From assembly GCA_051294375.1 (NCBI GenBank), contig CM119267.1, positions 23,127,486 to 23,191,485 of the forward strand: a stretch of DNA of 64,000 nt. Direction: 5' to 3'. The DNA is from Paraspadella gotoi. Lineage: Eukaryota; Animalia; Chaetognatha. Shown here piece after piece: positions 1 through 11,300 of the stretch. The position numbers and the translations under genes are program-made. Below the pieces are notes generated by a model. It was given only the letters and a program-made list of their open reading frames with translations. It searched no databases and was not told where the DNA came from. Positions within the stretch are counted from its first letter, which is position 1. Every line of letters starts with the position of its first letter.

Positions 1-72
1 CTGGGCTATCATCTCGTCTGCTTCTTCCTTCTCCTCTACTGCATGATCGTCGCCTTGGTGCAGCAGGATTAA
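1..72 (+). CDS. CNIH4: Cornichon homolog 4, last coding exon (partial, truncated by window start)
   Basis: Frame 1 reads LGYHLVCFFLLLYCMIVALVQQD*, closely resembling the C-terminal TM helix of CNIH4 ([22 protein letters not shown]). Confidence 0.75.
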   Translation: MGYHLVCFFLLLYCMIVALVQQD

Positions 73-516
73 ACATCCCACAGTCGCCAGACTCTTTTCT
101 TCATTTTCCGTCCGCCGCGTCGGATGTCGGGCAACTCGACGAGCGCGGGTTTCGCTCGCGTCTCCCATTCCTCATTACCTTCGATTTTTCTAGCCAAAAT
201 TTCATCCCCCTAATCTATTGTGCCAAGAAGAACCGTTTAACGGGTTGAACAATCAACGTTCGCCTTTTTTGCCGATTTAGTTACATTTGTTTCGTATCTC
301 GTCGCATCTAAAAATTTCTCGACGGTTTTTGTCTCCCTTAAATTCACTCGTGATTTTTGGGCGTTGATCAAATGCTTCATTATGGTTTAAACTAGATAGC
401 GATGTTCTATTAATTTTTTTTCCAGTCTTTTCGCCATTGGGCTTTATTAAAAAAAAAAACATTAAAACTAAACGTACAAAAAAACAAGGGGCGTGGTTTT
501 TGAAAATTCTTGGTAC

Positions 517-2822
517 ATGGCGGGTCGCGGATTTTCCGGTAGAGGACGCCCTTTCGGTTTCGGCCCCAACGAACCGAGGATGTTCTTCGGCGGATCCGGT
601 CCCATGGGAAACAATGGCTTGATGGGACCGGGACCCGGTACGGAATAAAATAAATTTTTAAAGCCCCCCCCCCCATACCCCCACCAGTAAAAGCAGCTCT
701 TTTACAACACTTTAATATTCCTTTAAAGGCTTTAACGGAGGAGGCATGCCGGCCCACCCGATGTCCGGCCGCGAACCCTTCGATAGATTCGGTCCTTTCG
801 ATGAAAATCGTCCGCCAATGTGCGGCCCCCCATCGATGGGCCGTTTCGACGACCGTGTTCCCCCGCGTTTTCCCGACGACGCCCCACTCTATGTTCCGCG
901 CGGAATGGACGGACCCCAGCGCGACCTATACTCCCGCTCTCCTCCGCCGATGCGTCTCATGGACGGGCGGGGATTCCAGGGCGGAATGAGAGGAGGGCGG
1001 GACTTCATGCGAGACCACCGCTCGAGAGAACGGTCCCCCTTGGATGAAGAGAGAGGTGGGTGTAACCTTTATTTGGATGTAGAGGAATTGCTTAATAAAG
1101 CGGTTCTTATATGGAAGTGCTTACTAACTTCAATAACTTAAATAATTGTGATATCATTGTTTAAACAGCGAGTCCAGCCCTCGGCAGTCAGCCGCCCCCT
1201 CCACCTTCGGAGGACGACACTCAAAACTCAGAACGTCGCCCTCTTATCTATAAACTCCTGGATCCTCTGTCGAACAAGAGCACGCCTTTGATTGGTCTCC
1301 AACATATGTACGAGCACCAAAACGAAGGACAGCAAGTGAGGTGAGAAAGCTTTACGTATTTGGAAGCGGGGCTCTAGGATTCGTGGGTATTTTTAAGTAC
1401 ATCTGCCCTTCTGTCGTCGTCGTTGTTTCAAATACTTTCAAATGCGGTCAAACTAATAATTCCCTCCTTTCCACACTGTTCCCATCTTCAGGTACGAGTG
1501 CCGGCTTTGCAAGGCTCTCATCAAGGACGCTTCCATCTTCCTCAAGCACGTGACTGGCGAACATCACAAGCGGAAATTCATCCAAGACTTTTACATGAAC
1601 TACGAATTTCTACTCAACACCGTCAACACCAAGAAGGAGCAGAAGGCGAAGATGGAGGAGTACGTCGCTGAGATCTACGAGAAGGATGGAAGGCAGAACG
1701 TGAGACTCGTCGTTGACGGGGAGGAGGTCTTTTGGGCGGGCGACGATAAGAGCGCCGAAAGACAGTCTCCGCCGCCGCCACCGCAGCCGATCAGAACGAA
1801 AAAACCTTCTTCCGCCAAACCGGTCGCCGACGACGTCGTCTCCTCGACATCTTCCACGATCGAATCGGATAAGAAGGATGACTATTCGCAGGCCGACGTG
1901 GACGAGATGCTCAAACGCGTCGTCAACGACTCTACCATCAAACCGGTTGGTGGCAGCCTCGGCCGAGGATTGGGCGGGGTGTTGGCCGGACTGAGAAACT
2001 CGGAGGGAACGCAACGAGAGGACATTTCGTCGACAGACGGCGCCGGATCTACTAACGGACACGGCGAGGAATTCTCCATCCGGGAGGCCGCAGCGCCGCC
2101 GCCGCCTCCACCACCGCCGCCCCCTCATCCGCCATCAAGGATGCCGCCGCAGCATCGCCCGCCTCCGCCGAAACCCGAACCTCCAGCACATTTCAACCCG
2201 CCCCGCCACAATATCCTCCGCCCAGGCGACCGCCTCCCCCGCCACCACAAAGACCCCCTCCTCTTCCGCAGCAGCCACCGCCGCCTCCGCCGCCGCCGAC
2301 AATGAGAGACAGTAATTTTTTGAAATTGAACACAATTAGTTAAAATAAATATTTAAATGCCAGTGATTTTAATAGATGTTAAATCTCAATATTTTTCTGC
2401 CCTCAGCATCCAGCCTGGCGCCACCTCCAGTTCCCGCTCCAGTCCCACCGCCATCTTTTGGTGAGTGAGAGAGAAGATAGAGATAAGATATAAAGATAAA
2501 AAGATATAGAAAGAAAGACAGTGATAGAGCGTGCTATGTAAATCATTATCTATTCTCCATTTTTTTTATTCTAGCGCCTGGCGGAATCGTCTCTCCAATC
2601 GACGTCCTTCAGGCAATGACTTCGATGGTGACCACGGAAGAAGAGGCCAAGATGGCGCTGCAGGTTCGGTCACGCCTTTCCTTTTCACACCCCTTTTAAA
2701 TTTCTAAAGAGCAATTTACAAAATCCTTTTTCTCCTCGTTCCTTCAGGTGGCGCAGGCTTTAACTCGAGCTGTCTACCGATTTCGCCAACAACAGCAGCA
2801 GCAATTTCACGGAGGATTTTGA
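517..2822 (+). CDS. Pro/Gly/Arg-rich nuclear protein with a U1/matrin-like C2H2 zinc finger (7 exons; apparent 1-nt frameshift near 2201)
   Basis: Exons ~517-637, 729-1055, 1169-1340, 1492-2311, 2407-2460, 2575-2663, 2748-2822 with GT-AG introns; phases are compatible if one base is restored near 2201. Motifs PLIGLQHMYE...YECRLC...KHVTGEHHKRKF, RG/RS-rich N-terminus, poly-Pro tracts, C-terminal EEEAKMALQVAQALTRAVYRFR. Confidence 0.75.
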
Positions 2823-2905
2823 CCAGTACTTCACCCCAACCCCTTCTACAGCAAACATCTCTCTCGTCTCTCGCCGTCTTTATTCCCTTTTTCGGTCGAG
2901 AAGGA

Positions 2906-3013
2906 GACTCGGGACGAAGGCTTCGGACCTTTCAGACTGTAGAGCCATTCCGAGCGCGACGAGTGACTCGGACGACGTGACCTTTCGGACTGTAGAGCCA
3001 TTCCGAGCGCGTC
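2906..3013. repeat. Two-copy tandem duplication (~55 bp unit) in 3' UTR
   Basis: GACCTTTC(A/G)GACTGTAGAGCCATTCCGAGCGCG occurs at 2926-2958 and 2979-3011, each preceded by GACTCGG(G)ACGA. Confidence 0.85.
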
Positions 3014-3491
3014 GCTCTGGCTCCGCATCATTTTTGTGCGAGTGTCAATTTTTTTCCCCGCCGAAATTTTCTCTTTCTCTCTCTCTCTCTCTGGGAAATA
3101 AATTGATTCTTTATTTAATATTTTCAATTGAAAACAAAACAATTTTATTTTTCGTTTATTTAGCTTTAGTTGACAAAAGGTTTTTGTTTAAAACTCCAGT
3201 GATTTCGTCGGTGAGAGAGACACTGAATGTCGTGTCACGGGAAGTCTGGAAAAAACGGGATTACGAAATTTTAAAAGCACGCTGGTCGCTGGATCACGTC
3301 GAAAACGTTTTATAGTAGAATTTAAAGTCGAGTTAAAATTATCCATTAATTTAATTTCTTATTTTTAAGTGATCGCATTGTCGTGACCACAGCGATCTGT
3401 CCTGTTGCCTTTCCCAGCCTAAGCCCTTTTGGACTCTCTCCCAAGAGCTGGGGATTTCAGACTCGCCCTCTCGCACTAAGAGAAGGAAACG

Positions 3492-4040
3492 ATGGCCGCC
3501 GAAATCATTACATCCGGCATTGGAGTTTGCCAGAACTTATTGGGCTTGATCATCGATACGACCGTTCGCCAGAGTTCCAACGACAACCCCGTCGTCATTC
3601 ACGAGGTGGAGAGGCTGATGCCCCGCGATTTGGCCGGCTATCCTTTTCTCAGGCTGGGCGGATTGTCGGCCGCGCTAGCCCTCGTCCTGGCTCAACCGGA
3701 AGGCGTCTACGGTATCAAGCCGGAAGCCGATTATAAATCTCAATGGGAGTTCATTAACAAAGTTCACATCGTCACCGCCTTCGGGTTGCTGGTGAGTGAT
3801 CTTCAGTCTTGGGTTCATTTTTGTCCTATTTTTCCTGACACTTTTCTTTCCCCACCCCACGATTAGGCTGTGCCCCTCGCCAATCGACCTTACCTTACGG
3901 GGAATCTTCTTCTTTTCGGATCTGTCTGGTTCTGTGGATCGCTTTATTCTCACGGCATCAAGAAGAGTCCGAAATGCATCAAATATGCTCCGTACGGTGG
4001 ATTGATGCTTCTCCTCGGTTTCGCCAGTTTTCTTCTATAA
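3492..4040 (+). CDS. TMEM256: TMEM256 / DUF423-family small membrane protein (2 exons)
   Basis: Exons ~3492-3791 and 3868-4040; spliced protein ...RLGGLSAALALVL...INKVHIVTAFGLLAVPLANRPYLTGNLLLFGSVWFCGSLYSHG...APYGGLMLLLGF matches the TMEM256 pattern (RLAGLSGA; AVPL..RP; FCGS.YYH; AP.GG). Confidence 0.75.
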
Positions 4041-4240
4041 AAGATAAAACAAAACACGTTTTGTTATTTGGGTAAACAGATTCGCCTGAATATATTTATA
4101 TTTTGGTGTCATCGTGCTTTATCGTTATAATCTATGTTAAAGCTCCCATGAATACGTAATAAAACACCATCGCTAATAAACGAAATGGAGACCTGCGAAT
4201 TCTAATTTAAACTACAAACAATGTACATACATTTGCGAAA

Positions 4241-5821
4241 ATGAAGGAGAATAAGAAATCGTATCGTGACTCATTCCATTCGCTGGTCGAATGCGTCGTC
4301 AAGTCGCTAACTCAACTCGAGGAAATTCAACTCATCACCCAAAAACTCTGCGTGGAGCTCCGTGATTTGCCGACGCCCCGGGAGCGAGACTGCCTCCATC
4401 AGATGATGATCGTCGACGAGCGACTGCTCAAAGTAGAGGCGCTGCTGACGGAGCGGCTGCCGTCGCCCAAGGCGACACGGAACCGCGCCGAAGTCGTGGT
4501 GGAGACTTCGGCGTCGCTCGGCTTGGGCCGAGGTGTCGTGGTTTCGGACGATGTCAGCTGCTTGCGATCCTCGCTCAATCTCGGCGTCGACGGCCCCGAC
4601 GATCGTTCGAAAAAAACCGCGGCGCTGACGCTAAAGGACGATACAGCGTCCTCTGCAGCTGCGCCTGCCAAAATTCTCACCCAACCCAAACGCTTCGTCT
4701 GCCACTACTGCTCCCAAGCCTTCACTCAGAACAAGTACCTCCAGCAGCACGTGGCCTGCCGGCACGAGGGCGTTCTCAACGAGTGTCGCCTTTGCGGGAA
4801 GACCTTTGCCTCACGCAATAATCTCAACGTCCATATGGCAACTCACGCCGAGCGACGTGCCCAGTTCCGATGCCCGGTTTGCGACAAGGTCTACCTCTAC
4901 AAGTCCCACCTCAACAAACATCACAAGATAGAGCACCTCCACCAACGTTTCCAGTGCTCGCTCTGCAAAAAGGAGATGAGAACTCGGGCCAACCTGGCGC
5001 AGCACGTCAAGATCCACGAGGGTGTCACCTACGACTGTCCCGAGTGTCCGGCCACGTTTAGTCAAAAGTCGGGATTGCTATATCACAAAAAGAGCAAGCA
5101 TTCGAGGTGGTATAAGGATGTAAATAATTTTACAGTATATATTTATTACAGTGAAGTATTCGTTTAATTTTGTTTCTTCCTCAGGTTAGTCCCCTTTAAG
5201 TGCGAGACCTGCGATCGAACCTTCGTTCTTCGCTCAAAACTCACCGATCACCAACGCCGTTGCCACCAATCCAAGTCGGTCGTGGGCAGCGGCTTTCGCA
5301 CGCGCGTGTCCAGTCACAACCACATGAAGCTCTACGACGTCAAGCGTCCCGTCGGCGGAAAGAGCGAGCGAAGACGTTTTCGCGTTTTTAAATCAAAGAA
5401 CGCCGAGGAGGGAAAGACGGAAGAAGCTTTGACTCATTCGACTGTCGTTCTCGGCGAAAACCCTTCGTCCTCTTCCTCCAAACCTCCCGCTCCGCCCCTG
5501 CCTTCCGCCGACACCGTCTCACCGGCCGCCAACCTCGACATCGGCGGCCACGCCCTCCCACTCAATCTCGACCTCAACAACATCCTGCCTCTCTCCATCG
5601 AAGGCACCGCCAATTTGGCCGCCGCCCATCCCGACGAAGGCTTTTGTCTCGATCTCCCTCCCAACGCTTCCTTCGGGGCCGTGCCGTTGGGGTTGGACGT
5701 CGAGACGGCGGGGCCTTCGGTGGACGGGGTTCTTCAGCCCATGATGCCGATAGGAGTCGTGAGCGGCGGAGAGAGAAAGGAGTTGTTGACCGAATTGACC
5801 TTGCCGTCTTGTCCCATTTGA
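4241..5821 (+). CDS. C2H2 zinc-finger transcription factor (about 6 fingers, 2 exons)
   Basis: Exons 4241-5106 and 5185-5821; tandem fingers starting CHYC, CRLC, CPVC, CSLC, CPEC and CETC, each with a downstream His pair. Confidence 0.9.
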
Positions 5822-6947
5822 AGAGTAAAGTTTTTTGGGTTACTAATTTGGTTCATCAATTCATATTTAAATTAAGTTGAAATTGACTTTTTGGTTGTAT
5901 GCAATTTACCCCGTGAGCCAAATCGATTGACACGAAGTAAAAATTAATGATACATGACCGAATATTCAAAAAAAATTTTTATACCATTTGATAGAAAAAT
6001 CATTGACGTCTTTGAAATGCCCAAAATATTGATTAAAATGGGGTTGAAACATGCTTAAAATGCCTTCCGAACGTGTTGGGACAAACTCGCTAAAAAAAAA
6101 AGATGATTGTTTCTTATCCAGTCAGTTTTTATACAACAAATGTTTGATTTCTTTTGCAAGACTTCTTTAGTGACAAATTACTTTTAAAACAGTTGATGTG
6201 TGATAGGTTGGAACTTCAGAACAACGGCATTTTTCCCCTCTGCTTAACTTTAATTCTTTTAGTAAATAAAAATTGATGCAGTTGATGGTGTGTTATATTG
6301 GTTACTATATTTTTTTGAAACTACTCATGTTTTAAAAGGAAAACAAATCATACTGTTAGTCACAGCTGTTTTTCATACTTTTTAGGTTTAACTTGCGAAT
6401 TATGATCAGCGCACACAGATCTGCATCTTCTCAACAATCATTTTAGCCCCAATTTTGATGCTTTGATGTTGTTAAGCTAAGCTGCTAAAATTGTTTGCAT
6501 AAAGGCCAAAGAATGAATCTCTTATAAACCAACTGCCCTTCTGGACCTTGTAGAGGTCAATAAAGCTGAAAATATTTATGCTGTAATCTTGGATACTGAA
6601 TTAAAATTATTCATTGCGCTTGATTATTAAGAGATGCGATGAGCCATCAATTTGACTTTGATATCTTCGCAGAAAAAATTAATTTCAAGTTGTTAATAAA
6701 GATCAATTTAAATAAAATTTTAACAGAAAAAACGTCAAACATTTCTCTATCTATTAAAAAAGTTTACTTTTATGTCGATGTAGTAAGCCATGGCAATGAT
6801 TTCTTTCGTGTCATTGGATTTGGCTCACGGGGTAACTGTATTCTCAAGACGATCATGTTATTTTCGAATCCCACCAGTCAAATTCATTTTATACTTTTGA
6901 TATTTGTTCTTAAGTTTTTTTATGTTAAAAACTAAAAACCAAAAACA

Positions 6948-7934
6948 ATGCAACAAGACGACGTCATCTGGTCCATCATAAACAACACTTTCTGTTCCTA
7001 CAAAGTAAAAACAAAGACTCAGCACTTTTGTCGGAACGAGTACAACTTGACTGGACTCTGCAATCGCAAATCCTGCCCCTTGGCAAACTCCCAATATGCG
7101 ACAGTGAAAGAGGAGAAGGGCGTCGTGTACCTCTACATGAAGACGATCGAGCGGAGCCATTTTCCCTCCAAACTATGGGAGAAGGTCAAACTCTCGCGAA
7201 ACTTTGAGAAAGCGATGAAGCAGATCAATCGTCACCTCATCTATTGGCCAAAACTGATGATTTACCGGGTGAAGCAGCGCTTCATCCGGATCACCCAGTA
7301 CCTCATCCGCATCCGCAAACTCACCCTCCGGCGCCAAAAGAAGATCGTGCCGCTCAACCAGAAGGTGGAGCGGCGGGAGACGCGGAGGGAGGCCAAGGCG
7401 TTGGTGGCGGCGCAGCTGGACACGGCCATCGAGAAGGAGTTGATGGAACGACTCAAGAAAGGCACTTACGGTGACATCTACAACTTTCCTCAGGTGGCCT
7501 TCGAGAAGGCCATGGAGGAGGAAGAGGTGGAGAGCGAGGAGGAGATGGAGGTGGAGCGGGAGGATGGGGAGGGGAAGAAGAGAGAGAAGGTGGAAGGGGA
7601 AGACGAGGAGGAAGACGAAGAAGAAGAGGAAGAAGAAGACGAGGAAGAAGAGGACGAGGAGATCGAATACGTGGAAGACGTTGACTTTAGCGACTCTGAC
7701 GTTGAAGACTTGGATCCCAATAAGTTGGATCAATACGAGACGGACGAGGAGGAGGAAGAAGAAGAAGAAGAAGAAGAGACGGAGGTGGATGAAGTCCGCG
7801 TGCGCGAGGAAAGACTGAAAGACGAAGTTCGTTCCGCGTTGAAGGGAAAACGGAAGCAGAGGGGAAGGATCGAAATAGAATACGAAATGGAGGAGGAGGA
7901 ACCCTCGACCTCGAAGAAAACGGTCAAGAAGTGA
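6948..7934 (+). CDS. MAK16: MAK16, 60S ribosome biogenesis factor (single coding exon)
   Basis: [22 protein letters not shown]...[41 protein letters not shown], acidic C-terminus ending in the IEIEYE motif. Confidence 0.97.
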   Translation: MQQDDVIWSIINNTFCSYKVKTKTQHFCRNEYNLTGLCNRKSCPLANSQYATVKEEKGVVYLYMKTIERSHFPSKLWEKVKLSRNFEKAMKQINRHLIYWPKLMIYRVKQRFIRITQYLIRIRKLTLRRQKKIVPLNQKVERRETRREAKALVAAQLDTAIEKELMERLKKGTYGDIYNFPQVAFEKAMEEEEVESEEEMEVEREDGEGKKREKVEGEDEEEDEEEEEEEDEEEEDEEIEYVEDVDFSDSDVEDLDPNKLDQYETDEEEEEEEEEEETEVDEVRVREERLKDEVRSALKGKRKQRGRIEIEYEMEEEEPSTSKKTVKK

Positions 7935-8327
7935 TGGAGGAATGGAGTGGAGATGAGGCGATTGCGTGATCGAGTTTGGAGGAAGGAAAGAGACGAGATT
8001 TAAAGAGAAAAGGCGCCGAGGTCAAAAGCAGAAAGAGGACGAGGGGTGGTTGGAACAGGAGAGAAACGGGCGGAGTCTGTTTGTATGCAAATCAGACTGC
8101 GACCGCTTTTTTTGTTTTGTGGTCTTTCTTTTTACCAACACGTTTTTTTTCTTCCAACCCGGTTTTTTGTCTTTTAACTCCGTCTTCGCTTTCTCTTTTT
8201 TTCTTTTTTCCTTTCTTCCTCCCCTCGTTGACGAAACGTTTCTTGTTGCATTCGTAAATCTTTAAAATTAAAACGTATTTTGTTAAGATGTTTTTTTTTT
8301 TTTTTTTTTGACAAAGCTCTAAAGTAG

Positions 8328-11300
8328 ATGGAAAATCGTAGAAACAACAATAAGAGAAAATGGAAATCACTCGAGACTCATCGCGACGCGAAAGACGACA
8401 ACGACGACGACGAAAACTCCGAGACAAAGAACAAAGGAAGAAGGAGAAAGAACGATTTACGAAGACTAGGAAACGTCAATGACAAAAGGGAAGGCGGGAG
8501 ACGAAACGATAATCTCGGCGATTTCTCTCGTCGTCGTCATCATCATCATTATCATCCTTTGCCCCATCTTCAGCGTCGTTATCCCAAAAATCAATGGCCG
8601 TCGAACCCGGAACCGAGTAAAAAGCGGCATCTGCTCATGTCCTCATTGATGGAGGAAAAGAAAGAGAAGATCAAAGCAGAAAGAGGGAAAAACACTGCGA
8701 CGGCTGTGGCGGCGACGAATGCGGCTGCGTTGAACAATGTCGGAACCCAATCCGGCTGTGCCCCCTCAACCGCTGGCTCTGTCACGACTCCTTCGGGCCC
8801 TAAAGAAAGTGGACGCGGTATTCGACGGCCCAATTCGAAATCTAGAAAAAGGCGGTCTTCTACGAGGAGAAAGACATTGGATGAATCGCAAGCATCGACT
8901 CCGGATCACGTGCCTGGTCGATCGTCTCCGATCGGTTGTTCAGTGACTTACAATGCCCCACCAACCGAAAAAGATCCGGCGCTGCTCTCGCCGAATTGCA
9001 CCGACCCGGATCCCCGACACCGCTGGAAAACCCGGCGTCGAAAATCTTCCTGGCGTCCACGCGGTCGACGCTCATCCGGTGTCTCCGATCAAGATTTCCA
9101 TCTTCGCTTGGAGCCGCTAAAGGTGCAGCCGCGGCGTCAATCTCAACAGCAGCAGCAGCATAATCAGCTGCAACATCCGACCGGACGCCGTCGTTCACGC
9201 TCCTCGTCCTCGAGACGGCGCTCTCGTTCCAAATCTCATTCAGAATCTGAATCCCGCGCGGAACCCCAAAACTCCCGACAACGACGCGACGGTCGACGCG
9301 GAACCCCGGGCGCTTCTGCGTCAGATACTGCGACTCCCAGCAACTCTCCCTCGACATCCCGCCCTGCGTCTCGCCAAGAGTCGTCGCTCGAACTTCCGGG
9401 ATTTTATTTCGACGAAACGAAGCGACGCTATTTCAAGATTCTGCCCAAGTCTTTCCAGGCGCCGGACGTCGTTACGTCCGATGTCGTTCGCTTCAAGGAG
9501 CGCCAGAAATGTGACAGGCGAAAAGGCGGCGGAAGCGTCGACCGACGCGGCCCGGCCAAAGACGCCGTTCAAGTCAACGACACTCTCTGCTCCGTCGGTC
9601 TCGAACAACTGTCGCTGGCGGCGGAAGGTCGGGACGATTCACCCACGCCAAAGGCTCCTCGCAACGTCGGCAGATCCCTTCTTCACGCCTTATCCCTCCG
9701 TGGAAACGGGGATTCGTTTCCCGTCACGCGGAGGCGCTCCACCTCCGCCTTTCTCCGCAGCCTGGAGCCATGGAAACGGTGCCGCATTTTTGAGCGACCC
9801 CGCAATACTTACGAACACTTGGACGGCGCCATGTTCGTCGACAAGGACGTTTATGACCAGAGCCTTCTCTGCATGTGGAACGTCAAGGACACCATGTGTC
9901 AGCGGATTCAGCTTTTAGATTTGAACTTACCCGATTTGGACGAGGAAAGGGACGAGAACAGGACCGAGGGGGCCCCAGAGATTCAAGGGGACATCGTTAT
10001 TCCCCACTCTTCACCGATGTTGCAGGTATTGTAGATTTATTATTTAATTCATTAATTATTAATTATTAGTTATTAATTTTTAGTTGCGCCGCTAGTACTC
10101 GCGAGTACTTTTCGTTCGGTCGGTATGTCTGTGCGTCGGTCAGTCATACTTATGTTAAAAAGGCATATAATTTGCCTATAGTTGGTTGCTCATTTGTTAA
10201 TCAGAAAAAAACCTCAGGAATTCCTAAAACTATAAGGAATAAAAGATGGAATTTTATTGCAATGCATGTCAAAAATATACGGCGAAAAAAGTTTAGTCAT
10301 AATGTCATATCATGTGATCAAAGGGAAATATACATGAAAAAGTAACTGCGGCGCTACTCATTGGAATTACCGTTCTTTTTTTTTCTTTTTTTACATAAAA
10401 CTTTTTTTTTCTTTTTTTACATAAAACTTTTTTTTATTAATACCAAAAACAGTATTAACCTAATGAGAAACATTAACAGTGTAAAAAGACTGGAAAACGA
10501 TAAACAAGTAAAAACTAAACTATTAATAGGGGTGGCCTATCTCAAACGAAAATTTATACATTTTTAAAAAAATTAAGATAGACAAAAATTTTAATATAAC
10601 TCTATAGTATATTAATTTTTTAATATTTATTTATAGATTTTTTTATTTTTAAGTTCGGATTCAGGTAGTTTGCAAAAAGTTGTCTACACAAAGTATATTC
10701 TTTTTTTGATATTATGTTCAGGAATAACAGATTTTTAATGTGTAACAACGAATTTTTATTTCATAGGACATGTTTCGATCTGTGGTTGAGAGTCTTCATC
10801 ATCTGTTATTCCTTAAACACAAACACAACGAAAAAGAAAGAATCACAACAATGATATTATGTTCATAAGTGGGTAAAAATATAATAAAACTTAAAAATTG
10901 TTATCATCATCATCTTTCGATAATTTTGTCAGTTTTTCACAATTTTGACCAAGAAAACTTAAGAATTTTTAAAAGTTGTAATTACATTTTTATTTAACTT
11001 TTGTTCTCTATTAGAATCCAACACAATTCAAGATTGATTAAAAAAAAATTTTCTCATTCTATATTAATATAGCAATTTTGATAGCAACAAGAAAGCTATT
11101 AAAATTGAAATTTTTAAAAAAATACTACTAAATAGACATCAAGACTCCCTTTATTTTAATTTTATAGTAGATCGCTACTATTAAAATTCAACAAAACAAA
11201 AGACACTAACATATTTAAACAGATTTATCTTGAAACTACAATTTTCATACTAAAAGTTACTGCAATGTGCAAATGTATTTTGCGGACAAGGTTCAATAAG

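Noticed and set aside
2926-3011. 33-bp direct repeat with a 20-nt spacer, superficially CRISPR-like
   Set aside because: Only two copies, the spacer itself is partly duplicated, the context is eukaryotic and there are no cas genes; it is a simple tandem duplication.
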